Below the pieces are notes generated by a model. The model ran no database searches. It was not told where the DNA came from and worked only from the letters and a program-made list of their open reading frames with translations. Shown here piece after piece: positions 30,061 to 39,277 of a stretch of 53,855 nucleotides of DNA (position 1 is its first letter; each line of letters starts with the position of its first letter). The stretch lies in the sequence record SRR31156797_1505. One strand, given 5' to 3'. The position numbers were made by a program, and so were the translations under genes.

Positions 30061-30576
30061 GTGAAAGAGTTGAACCGGAATAATTGGAACAATAAATCCT
30101 CACAGTTTGGTGGCAGAAAGATTAGAAGCAAAACAGGTCTCGAGTATGCTTCACGTGTTCTTGCGAAGAAGGACTATTCCGAAAAAGAGCTGAAAAAGAA
30201 AATCGCTGAGCATTTTGGGTGGGACGAGGCGGAAGAGACAATCCTGAAGCTTAAAGAGTACGGCTATCTCGATGACGAGCGTTACCGGGAGGTTTATATA
30301 GCTTCACGTATACGTTCCGGTTATGGATCTTTCCGCATTTCTGGTGACCTGTACGAAAAAGGTCTTAACGATAGTCTCGATGACCTTGATGAAATTTGTG
30401 AAAAAAATCATATTGATCGAATCAGTATTTTACGTGATAATATCGAACGGTATCTTGAGCGGAAGAATATAGAAGACAACTACGAGCTGAAACAGAAGTG
30501 CATAGCCTATTTCTACAGGCGGGGGCACTCTCTGGACAGTGTAAAAAGAATAATAGACGAGGAGCTTGATAGATGA
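30061..30576 (+). CDS. recX: Regulatory protein RecX
   Basis: [40 protein letters not shown]; downstream of recA. Confidence 0.88.
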   Translation: MKELNRNNWNNKSSQFGGRKIRSKTGLEYASRVLAKKDYSEKELKKKIAEHFGWDEAEETILKLKEYGYLDDERYREVYIASRIRSGYGSFRISGDLYEKGLNDSLDDLDEICEKNHIDRISILRDNIERYLERKNIEDNYELKQKCIAYFYRRGHSLDSVKRIIDEELDR

Positions 30577-31016
30577 AGGTAATTTTTCTTGATAATGTAA
30601 AAGGTGTTGCTAAAAGAGATGATATAAAAGAAGTGAAAGAAGGTTATGCGAAGAACTTTCTTTTCAAAAAGAAGCTTGCTGTAGAGGCTACACCTGGGAA
30701 TATTAAGGCTCTCGAAGATAAGAAAGCGAAGAATAAAGAGCGTGAAGATAATAAGATAGCCGAGGCTAAGGCTCTCGCTGAAAAGCTTAATAAGGTCGGC
30801 GTGACTATATCTGGTAAAGGCGGAGATACTGGAAAGCTTTACGGGGCGATCACATCATCAGAGATAGCGAAAGCACTTAAAGATGAAGGTATCGAGGTTG
30901 ATAAAAGAGACATCGACCTGAAGGATCCTATAAAGGAGCCGGGCGAATTTAGTGTTAAAGTTAAGATATTTATGGATATAAATGCACAGGTTAAGGTTAT
31001 AGTAAAAGCTGACTGA
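30573..31016 (+). CDS. rplI: 50S ribosomal protein L9
   Basis: [35 protein letters not shown]. Confidence 0.97.
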   Translation: MKVIFLDNVKGVAKRDDIKEVKEGYAKNFLFKKKLAVEATPGNIKALEDKKAKNKEREDNKIAEAKALAEKLNKVGVTISGKGGDTGKLYGAITSSEIAKALKDEGIEVDKRDIDLKDPIKEPGEFSVKVKIFMDINAQVKVIVKAD

Positions 31017-32350
31017 TGGCAGATATGATAAGGCGTGTCCCGCCACACAACAAAGAAGCAGAACAGGCGGTCATAGCGGCTATCCTCATCGATGAGCAGG
31101 CGCTTGACAAGGTAGTGGATAAGATTATCTCGGATGATTTCTATATCCCGGGGCACCAGTACCTCTATGCTCGTATTCTAAGGCTTCAGGAGGCAGGCAA
31201 ACCTGTTGATGTTGTGACACTTTTAGGCTCTATGTCAGACGAGGAGCTTACTAAGGCGGGCGGCGTTGACTATGTCTCATCACTTGTGGATATCCTCCCC
31301 TCTTCTGCGAATGTCGCTCATTACGCTGATACTGTGCGTGACAAATCAGTCCTTCGCCAGCTTATCGGTATGGCGGCAGAGATTTCTGATAACTGCTATG
31401 AGGTTGAGGGCGAAGTTGAGGATGTTGTCGAATCTGCTGAGAAGCGTATATTTTCCTTAGCAGAAAAAAAGCTCAATTCTAACGCTCAGTCGATAGGTTC
31501 CCTTATCCCGCAGACGATAGATGCCCTTGATAAGCTTTACAGCAGTAAAGATGTGCTCTCAGGTGTGACAACAGGTTTTAAAGATTTCAACGATATTACC
31601 AGCGGTTTTCAGCCTTCTGACCTTATCATTATTGCCGGTCGCCCTGGTATGGGTAAAACAGCTTTCGCTCTTAATGTTGCGCTCAATGCAGCATATAGTG
31701 ATGATAATAAATCTGTAGCGTTCTTCACACTGGAGATGTCATCCCAGCAGCTTGTACAGAGGCTTCTCTCTGCTACGGCACAGATAGAATCAGCAAAACT
31801 TAGAAGCGGTCACTTTACAATGGAGGACTGGCAGAAGCTCAGCTCTGTTGGCGGCGAGCTATCGGGTATCGATTTTTATCTCGATGATACTCCGGCGATC
31901 AACCCGCTTGAGCTAAGGGCGAAGTGCAGGCGTATAAAGCGTGAGCACGGTCTTGACCTTGTTTTTGTTGACTACCTTCAGCTTATGAGTTCGTCAAAAG
32001 GGGACAACAGAGAACAGCAGATTTCTGATATATCCCGCTCATTGAAGGCTCTTGCTAAAGAACTTAACATCCCTATTGTTGCTCTCTCACAGCTTAACCG
32101 TGGTGTGGAGCAGAGGCAGGATAAACGTCCTCTCATCTCTGACCTTCGTGAATCAGGCGCTATTGAGCAGGATGCGGATATGATTATATTTCTTTATAGA
32201 GACGAGGTATATACGAAGGATCAGTGTGTTAAACCTGGTGTTGCGGAAGTTATCATTTCAAAGCACAGACACGGTGCGACAGCAGACATCGAGCTAGCTT
32301 TTGTCAAAGAATTTATGCAGTTCAGAGATATTGCAAAAGGCTCATATTAA
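31016..32350 (+). CDS. dnaB: Replicative DNA helicase
   Basis: PPHNKEAEQAV, GRPGMGKTAF, VDYLQLM, LSQLNR, SDLRESGAIEQDAD. Confidence 0.98.
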   Translation: MADMIRRVPPHNKEAEQAVIAAILIDEQALDKVVDKIISDDFYIPGHQYLYARILRLQEAGKPVDVVTLLGSMSDEELTKAGGVDYVSSLVDILPSSANVAHYADTVRDKSVLRQLIGMAAEISDNCYEVEGEVEDVVESAEKRIFSLAEKKLNSNAQSIGSLIPQTIDALDKLYSSKDVLSGVTTGFKDFNDITSGFQPSDLIIIAGRPGMGKTAFALNVALNAAYSDDNKSVAFFTLEMSSQQLVQRLLSATAQIESAKLRSGHFTMEDWQKLSSVGGELSGIDFYLDDTPAINPLELRAKCRRIKREHGLDLVFVDYLQLMSSSKGDNREQQISDISRSLKALAKELNIPIVALSQLNRGVEQRQDKRPLISDLRESGAIEQDADMIIFLYRDEVYTKDQCVKPGVAEVIISKHRHGATADIELAFVKEFMQFRDIAKGSY

Positions 32351-32600
32351 TTTTACAGAAAACGCATCAAATGTTAGATATATGCAAAATAGCTCACCTA
32401 TTTAACTACACTATTAATTAAAATAACATCAATATAACCGCAAAATACTAATAAATTTTAAATGTAATAATGAGCAAATAATTATTAATTGTAAATGATA
32501 TATGTGCACTGTATAAAAAAAGTTACATAGGTTTGAACTAAACCTGTTGCATTTTGTCTACATCTTTGTTAGAAACTCGTACTTAGCCTAGGTTTTAAAT

Positions 32601-32617
32601 TTGGCATATTAATTGCT
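32601..32617 (+). promoter_or_regulatory. Sigma54 (-24/-12) promoter of lpxC
   Basis: TTGGCATATTAATTGCT: GG(32603-4)-N10-GC(32615-6), 26 nt before the lpxC ATG. Confidence 0.78.
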
Positions 32618-32643
32618 TTTATGACCTTGCTGTTGGAGGCGAA

Positions 32644-33549
32644 ATGAAACAAAGGACTCTTAAAAATGTGATTGAGATGGAAAGTGTTGGGCTTCACACT
32701 GGTGAACCGATGCATGTTTCCATTCATCCAGCCTATCCAGACACAGGCATCTGCTTTAGAAGATCAGATGTTGAATGTGACTACACAAGAGTGTCCCCTT
32801 ACACAGTAACCTCAACACAGCTCGCAACGACTATCCAGTGCGGAAACCACACCATCAGTACAATAGAACACCTTATGGCGGCTCTTTACGGGCTTGGTAT
32901 CGATAATGCAAAGATCGATGTCTCAGGTCCTGAGGTTCCGGTATTTGACGGTTCTTCAACAGCTTTTGTTAATGCTATTGCTGATGCTGGCATCACTGAG
33001 CAGGCGAAAGCGAGAAAATTTATCAAATTTAAGAAACGTATTAGACTTGAGAAAGACGGCAAGTGGATTGAGATTATCCCTTCCAGATTTTTTAAAGTTA
33101 CCTTTGATATAGACTTTGAAAATGAATTCATCGGTCAGCAGAAAGCTTTTTTTAATATCACACCTGAAAGCTTCAAAAAGGAGATAGCTCCGGCTAGAAC
33201 TTTCGGCTTTAAAAATGAAGTGGAGCAGCTCTGGCAGATGGGGCTTGCTAAGGGCGGAAGCCTTGAAACCGCTGTTGTTATCGATGGCGAAGATATTATG
33301 AACCCTGAGGGACTCAGGTTCCGTGACGAGTTTGTTCGTCATAAGATGCTTGACCTTATGGGTGATATATCACTTCTAGGTTACCCTATCTTCGGTCACA
33401 TCAGAGCTTATAAATCAGGTCATAACCTGAATAACCTTTTCGCCAGAACTCTTATCGAATCTGCGAACTACTATTCCATAATAGAGCTTCCGGAGAACGA
33501 TCCGGCTCAGATAAATACATTAGAACTCAAACCACAGGGGATATCCTGA
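32644..33549 (+). CDS. lpxC: UDP-3-O-acyl-GlcNAc deacetylase
   Basis: MKQRTL, GLHTG, TIEHLMAAL, ARTFGF, DEFVRHKMLDLMGD, GHNLN. Confidence 0.97.
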   Translation: MKQRTLKNVIEMESVGLHTGEPMHVSIHPAYPDTGICFRRSDVECDYTRVSPYTVTSTQLATTIQCGNHTISTIEHLMAALYGLGIDNAKIDVSGPEVPVFDGSSTAFVNAIADAGITEQAKARKFIKFKKRIRLEKDGKWIEIIPSRFFKVTFDIDFENEFIGQQKAFFNITPESFKKEIAPARTFGFKNEVEQLWQMGLAKGGSLETAVVIDGEDIMNPEGLRFRDEFVRHKMLDLMGDISLLGYPIFGHIRAYKSGHNLNNLFARTLIESANYYSIIELPENDPAQINTLELKPQGIS

Positions 33550-33586
33550 TTACCGGAGATGAAAAGCAGTATCTCTGGTGATCAGG
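33545..33586. terminator. Long hairpin between convergent lpxC and the wecA-like gene
   Basis: CCTGATTACCGGAGAT-N10-ATCTCTGGTGATCAGG (14/16 Watson-Crick, the other two G-U on the + strand). Confidence 0.55.
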
Positions 33587-33611
33587 TTTCCTATTCTTAT
33601 AAACTCAGCTT

Positions 33612-35243
33612 TTAGAAATATGTAATCCCGATACTTTTGAAAGTAAACAGTATCGCTACAGCTAATACTATCGCTATATATGCACTATTCGCTTTGCATT
33701 TGTTTGCGAAAAAGAACTTATTAGCGTAGTAGAGTGCAAATGAGCACATCGAAATGGTGAAGAAGTCACCTGCTGGTGTATTGGTGAACATATATATCAG
33801 GAACATACAGAAGAACATTAAAAGCTCTAGTGGATTTGATAAAAAGACGTCTATCCGCTTTCTCATCAGTGCTCTGACAAGGATAGAGGCTGACAAGGCG
33901 ATGATTATTACTTTATCAAAAAGAGTGAGCCCATACATGTATGAATGAAAGACACTGTAGAAGAGTATCCAGAAAAAGCCAAATGATACAAACTGATTAT
34001 TGATTTGAGATATTTTTTTGTAAGTTAGTATTGCTACAAGAGAAATACAGAAAATGATCAGGATAAATATCTCACATTTTTGTATAGCCTGAAAAGATAT
34101 AAGATATTTCCCTAGAAAAAGTAGCGTAAGTATAGCTGTGAATGCATCTAGCATTCTGGTTTTAATACTAAAATCCACATTCTTTTCGCTGATAATATCT
34201 GCCGCCTTTCTAAGCTTTGTATTCAGAAGCCTGATCTTTGAAGCTACGTCATAGGTATGAGAAAGTTTGAGTATTATAAGAAACATATATAATAGCAAAA
34301 GAACAAGTATCGCTCCCCAGAGGAAAGATGCGTTAAGAGAAAGCAGAGATATTACTATGAGAAGTATAGACAGGCTATAGAATATCATAAGGGTTTGGGC
34401 TGATGAAAACTCTAAGCTTAATAGCCTGTGATGTAGATGTTCTTTATCCGCAGCCATAGGATTCTGCCCTTTCATTGTGCGTCTTATAATTGCCAGAACC
34501 GTGTCGAATAGAGGCAGAGAGATGAACATCACTGGTAGCAATACAGAAAGTATTGTTGCACTTTTATGAAAAGTCGCAATCGACATGACAGCTATATTAA
34601 AGCCTAGAAAGAGGCTTCCGGTATCTCCCATAAAGACTTTTGCCGGTGGAGTATTGTATCTGAGAAAGCCGAGTGTAGCACCCATAAGCCCCATACATAT
34701 GTACGCATTGAAGTCCAGCCCCTTAGAAAAAGCAGCGTAGCCCATTGCGCCGAATGCCATGAAAGATATACCACCAGCGAGACCGTCCATGCCATCTATG
34801 AGATTAAGTGCATTTGTGGCACCTATAATCCATAAGTAAGTGAGTACAATAGCAACAAATGGGTGGCTGAATAAGGCTATATTGAACGAGTCGATGGTGA
34901 ATCTGAAATCAGTGACGAGAACAATCACGGTTGCAGCTGTAAACTGCCCAAGAAGCTTTTTGACCGGGCTGATACTTTTGACATCATCCAGTATCCCTGT
35001 CATAACAATAGCTAAGTTTGCTCCTAAGAGAGCGTATGTTGTAGTAGTAAATGAACCTATCAAGAGAAGTATAACAGCATAGGAGACAAATATTCCAAGT
35101 CCGCCGAGAAGAGGTATGTTGTCGATGTGTATCTTTCTTTCGCACGGGACATCAACTATGTGAGCTTTTACAGCAAACGAAGTAATAATAGGTACAGATA
35201 TAAGGCTGATGGCAAACCCTGTCAGCATATATACTAAATGCAT
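33612..35243 (-). CDS. WecA/TagO-like polyprenyl-phosphate HexNAc-1-phosphate transferase with long C-terminal membrane extension
   Basis: RKIH, GILDD, NALNLIDGMDGLA, VFMGDTGS, DKEHLHHRL. Confidence 0.88.
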   Translation of the reverse strand: MHLVYMLTGFAISLISVPIITSFAVKAHIVDVPCERKIHIDNIPLLGGLGIFVSYAVILLLIGSFTTTTYALLGANLAIVMTGILDDVKSISPVKKLLGQFTAATVIVLVTDFRFTIDSFNIALFSHPFVAIVLTYLWIIGATNALNLIDGMDGLAGGISFMAFGAMGYAAFSKGLDFNAYICMGLMGATLGFLRYNTPPAKVFMGDTGSLFLGFNIAVMSIATFHKSATILSVLLPVMFISLPLFDTVLAIIRRTMKGQNPMAADKEHLHHRLLSLEFSSAQTLMIFYSLSILLIVISLLSLNASFLWGAILVLLLLYMFLIILKLSHTYDVASKIRLLNTKLRKAADIISEKNVDFSIKTRMLDAFTAILTLLFLGKYLISFQAIQKCEIFILIIFCISLVAILTYKKISQINNQFVSFGFFWILFYSVFHSYMYGLTLFDKVIIIALSASILVRALMRKRIDVFLSNPLELLMFFCMFLIYMFTNTPAGDFFTISMCSFALYYANKFFFANKCKANSAYIAIVLAVAILFTFKSIGITYF

Positions 35244-35339
35244 GCAATAGCTCCAGATGTCTATATGGTTCCGCTTACTTTACCAGCAGAACTGTATGAA
35301 AAACAATATAAATCAAAAATGGTCAAATGTTAATATATA

Positions 35340-37190
35340 TTAGATACTAACATCAGCAGGGCATATCCCGCAATGACCAATGAACTGCATATATCGCTCA
35401 TCATTCATATCGACACTGTCTGGCGTGCTAAGTTCAAAAGTTTTGTCAACTAAGAAGAAATCGTTCTCAGATACATCCATCGGAGTGCTGTCACCGTGCT
35501 TTGCCTTAAGGGTATTATGCACACTCAGGAGGAAAATAAGTGCGTTATTTCTCATCTGAACATTACTGCCTTCTGCCATAAATGTGAGTTTAGGCGATGT
35601 GTTAGACATTCCGTACATGATGAATCCTTCAGGGAAATCCACTCTTATCTGTCCATCGAAAAGTGTGATATCAAACCCTTTCCTGTCTTTAAATAGTTTT
35701 TCAATAAGGTTGACAGCTTCGGTTGTGACAGCTTCCTTCTTGTCATTATCAGCAGCTACAGTTCTAATCTCTTTTGTAGCAAATCTTTTAGGAACTTCAG
35801 CGAAATAGTCAGTTAGTGAAGCTATATTGAGCTCGTCCATGATCTGCTCAAGGATGAATATATTTTCAACTGCGTCATCTCTAGGGATACCGTCCACTGT
35901 GTCTGTAGTGAAAAGGTGAAGGCTAGCCTCGACCTGCATATCTCTGTATCCTGTCTCTTTCACGAGCTCTTCGATGTTTTCAAATCCAGCGAGTGAGGCG
36001 ACCATGTTCATGTTAGCTGTTATGGTCTCTTTCCAGAGTGAGTGCCCTTTCGGATGAAATATTGTTGTTCCCCCCATATCCTCTACATACTGCTTAACAG
36101 CACCTGTGTAGCGTGCATCTATGTAAAATCTGGTGCAGACTTTCTGTATTGCTTTCAGGTTAGAAGGGTTGATGTTTCTGCCTTCAAGTTTTTTAAGGAG
36201 GTTAGGCACTGCTATCTTCATTTTATAATCCGCAAGGATAAATGCCAGCGCATCACCGAGGTAGTGCCCTGTCGCCGAAGAGTTCAGAGCTGCTGCCCCC
36301 TCTGTGAGTGAGCCTCTGTCAGCATCAAGATCGAAAGAGTGTACACGCTCACCGTTTTTAAGTGCATCAACAAGCCCTGGAACTTTAGCAAGCATCTCTT
36401 TTCTCGTAGGGTCTGCGAGTACCCCACCGCTGTTCACATCTATCTCAGCACCGATAATTGTGCATTTTTCACCGAGAATCTCTTTAAAGAGCTCTTCGTA
36501 CTGAAGTCCTGTTCCGCCGAAAAGATTTACAGCAACCTTGCTGTTATCTCTATTTTTAAAATAATCGCCGTAGATATCTTTCATCTTGGCGAAGTAAACT
36601 TTGCGCCCTTCTTCACGTTTATTTATAACCTTACCTTTCTGGTTAGCTGGTATGTCATGTACGAGATAGCCCTCTTTAAGGAAGGTATTCATCTGTTCGA
36701 GGAGGTAAGTGTGTATTCCCTGAGTAAATATGCCGAATTTAGCACCGTTTGTAGTTACTTCCACGTGAGACCTTGTAATCTGAATGTGAGCGTTAGCGTT
36801 AAGCTGGTTCTGATTTTGGTATACCTGACCTGAAGACGCAATCCCTATGTCGTAAACATCAACGCCCATATCATTAAGCCCTTTAGCCATAGCAGCAGCG
36901 AGTGCCTCTGACGTTGGTCCGTTGTCGTATCCGATAACTATGCTTTCTCCTACTTTGAGGCTCATCCGTACGCCGGTTTTCAGGATAAATTCCTGACTGC
37001 CTAGGATCTTCCCCACGATCTCTGCCGCATCAGGTGTGAAGACTGCCTCATCAGAAAAGAAATTATCCGGCTCACCAACATAAGCTCTTATATCGTATGA
37101 TGTAGGTTTAAACAGTTTATCGACATTATTTATAACTCTCTCTGGTGCATCCAGTTTCTTCATTGGCACTTCAGACATTTGCTCAGACAT
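35340..37190 (-). CDS. Divergent alpha-D-phosphohexomutase superfamily protein
   Basis: YDIRA, ITRSH...NGAK (phosphoserine loop), FDLDADR (metal loop), SNTSPKL. Confidence 0.78.
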   Translation of the reverse strand: MSEQMSEVPMKKLDAPERVINNVDKLFKPTSYDIRAYVGEPDNFFSDEAVFTPDAAEIVGKILGSQEFILKTGVRMSLKVGESIVIGYDNGPTSEALAAAMAKGLNDMGVDVYDIGIASSGQVYQNQNQLNANAHIQITRSHVEVTTNGAKFGIFTQGIHTYLLEQMNTFLKEGYLVHDIPANQKGKVINKREEGRKVYFAKMKDIYGDYFKNRDNSKVAVNLFGGTGLQYEELFKEILGEKCTIIGAEIDVNSGGVLADPTRKEMLAKVPGLVDALKNGERVHSFDLDADRGSLTEGAAALNSSATGHYLGDALAFILADYKMKIAVPNLLKKLEGRNINPSNLKAIQKVCTRFYIDARYTGAVKQYVEDMGGTTIFHPKGHSLWKETITANMNMVASLAGFENIEELVKETGYRDMQVEASLHLFTTDTVDGIPRDDAVENIFILEQIMDELNIASLTDYFAEVPKRFATKEIRTVAADNDKKEAVTTEAVNLIEKLFKDRKGFDITLFDGQIRVDFPEGFIMYGMSNTSPKLTFMAEGSNVQMRNNALIFLLSVHNTLKAKHGDSTPMDVSENDFFLVDKTFELSTPDSVDMNDERYMQFIGHCGICPADVSI

Positions 37191-37315
37191 GATATACCCC
37201 TTGCAGTTTTAAAGATTGCTTTCTAAAATTAAAGCATAACAGTATTTAAGGTCAAGCAGATTGACATAAATATTATAACTGCTCTTGCCGGCAGAATACA
37301 TATAAGAATGGGTAA

Positions 37316-39277
37316 ATGATTAGATTTTTCTCTTTGATATTTTTAATATCATTTATTGTGATTTCCGCCACAGTGATTCTGGTTGTTGTAAGGGCTGGAA
37401 CTGATGATGCCGATGTCCAGATGGCTGTGGAGGACACTAAGACGACCACAATTATCTCCGGGAGATTTATTGAGACTGTAATCTCTGACAAGCTCGAAAG
37501 ACTTTATAATACTGCATATGCTGGAAATAATGATTGGATAATGAAATCCCTTCACTCTTATGCAGACTATATCGCCAGCGGAGCAGGGCATAGGGGTGAG
37601 TTCTCTGTAGGTTTTACAGGGAGCGGGTTTAAGGTTGAGCATAGTATCAGCTCAGGAAGCAGTATATGTGACGAGGACAGCCTCATATACGAGGATGTTG
37701 CCGTCAGGGTCATAGCCGGCAAATCTTTTGTTGGTCCCATCTCGCCGGAATGCATGGAAGACCACCCAAACTTTACATCGCTTATGATGCTCGCAGTTCC
37801 GATTTTTCAACACGATACATTTGTCGGTATTGTCTACGAGGTTTCCAGTCTTCTCGATTTTATTAATAGCTATAGCAGAGTTGATAGGTTCTCGAATGCT
37901 GTTTCAGCACGCATTGTCATTGATGACCAGCTTAGATATAGCAAGACATCAGAAAATTATAAACTCCTTAAACTCAGGCAGAGTGCGGTTGGCGGTGTTG
38001 TAAAGAATCAAGGAAAACTCATAGGCTATTACACTTTTTACGTCGGAGATACTAAGCTTTGCTTAATATATATGAGGGAAGGGGCTAAGAGTGGGTTGCA
38101 CTTTCATCAGTTCCCTTGGATAGAGAGGAATAAGGTACTTTTTTTTGCGTCACCATTTTTCCTGCTGTTCATGCTGATTATTGTTGAGATGCTACACATA
38201 AACAACACTCTCGGCAGGGATGTAAAGAACAGAGCTAAAGACATAGAGAACCTCAAGCAGAGGTATCAGAAGCTTTTTGAAACTATACCTGAGTATGTTG
38301 TCCTATACACAAGAGAAGGTGAGATAATAGAGTGCAACAGCAGGTTTACCTCCCTTTTAAACGGCGGCAACCCTGTGGGCGCAAATCTTTTGTATATTAT
38401 TAGAGATAGAGATAAATTTTCAGAAATGATGAGCCGTGTGGAAGAGATAGACTCACCTGTAATCGATGAGTATGTGATAAAGGGTGGAGGCGAATTCATT
38501 GAAGCAACGGTACACACATGTACTGTTGATTTAGATGGAGATAAAGCTCTCTTATCCGTTATGACAGACCTGACCGACTTTAAAGATATGCAGAATAAAT
38601 ATTACCTCACTCAGAAACGGGAGGTAGTTGGGACACTTGCCGCTGGTATGGTGCACGACTTTAGCAATATACTTCAGAACATCTCTTTGCAGTATGCGCT
38701 GATGGAGCGTTCAAAAGGGGAAGCGAGAGACGAGCATATCGGAAAAATCAGAACAATTATCGACGGTGCAAACAGTTACTTAACCGGGGTGCTTAAGTAC
38801 ACGAAAGATGATAAAGGCGAATATGAAATAAAATCCGGCAGCCTCTTTGTACGGCACGCTGTCGACCTCCTAGAGAGGATATTGCCCGCTGAAGTGAAGC
38901 TGGAATATAAGAATATGTCCGGCGAGCTGAAGATAAGGGCATCACAGAGTAAGATAAGCCAGATACTGATTAATCTCTGTCAGAACGCATCGGATGCTAT
39001 GGGCGGTGCTGGTGAGATAACGATTGAGACGAGTGTAGAGGAGAAAACCTTTGGTCACTTCTTCTGCATCAAAGTGCGTGATGATGGTGAGGGGATTGAG
39101 CCGGAAGTTATCGACAGTATTTTTAAACCTTTCTATACTACGAAAGAAGATAAGGGGACCGGGCTTGGGCTTGCAACGGTTAAGCAGGCGGTTCTTGAGA
39201 TGGGCGGGCTGGTTGATGTGGAGAGTGAACCGGGGAAAGGCGCTGAGTTTACATTAATGTTTTCGGAGAAGAAATGA
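37316..39277 (+). CDS. Membrane sensor histidine kinase (periplasmic domain, PAS, HisKA, HATPase)
   Basis: Two TM segments; H-box AGMVHDFSNIL; NLCQNASDAM, DDGEGI, FKPFYTTK, GTGLGL. Confidence 0.93.
   Translation: MIRFFSLIFLISFIVISATVILVVVRAGTDDADVQMAVEDTKTTTIISGRFIETVISDKLERLYNTAYAGNNDWIMKSLHSYADYIASGAGHRGEFSVGFTGSGFKVEHSISSGSSICDEDSLIYEDVAVRVIAGKSFVGPISPECMEDHPNFTSLMMLAVPIFQHDTFVGIVYEVSSLLDFINSYSRVDRFSNAVSARIVIDDQLRYSKTSENYKLLKLRQSAVGGVVKNQGKLIGYYTFYVGDTKLCLIYMREGAKSGLHFHQFPWIERNKVLFFASPFFLLFMLIIVEMLHINNTLGRDVKNRAKDIENLKQRYQKLFETIPEYVVLYTREGEIIECNSRFTSLLNGGNPVGANLLYIIRDRDKFSEMMSRVEEIDSPVIDEYVIKGGGEFIEATVHTCTVDLDGDKALLSVMTDLTDFKDMQNKYYLTQKREVVGTLAAGMVHDFSNILQNISLQYALMERSKGEARDEHIGKIRTIIDGANSYLTGVLKYTKDDKGEYEIKSGSLFVRHAVDLLERILPAEVKLEYKNMSGELKIRASQSKISQILINLCQNASDAMGGAGEITIETSVEEKTFGHFFCIKVRDDGEGIEPEVIDSIFKPFYTTKEDKGTGLGLATVKQAVLEMGGLVDVESEPGKGAEFTLMFSEKK

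Noticed and set aside
37251..37266. GTCAA-GCAGA-TTGAC palindrome containing TTGACA between divergent genes
   Set aside because: Only 5-bp arms and no correctly spaced -10 on the + strand; too weak to call
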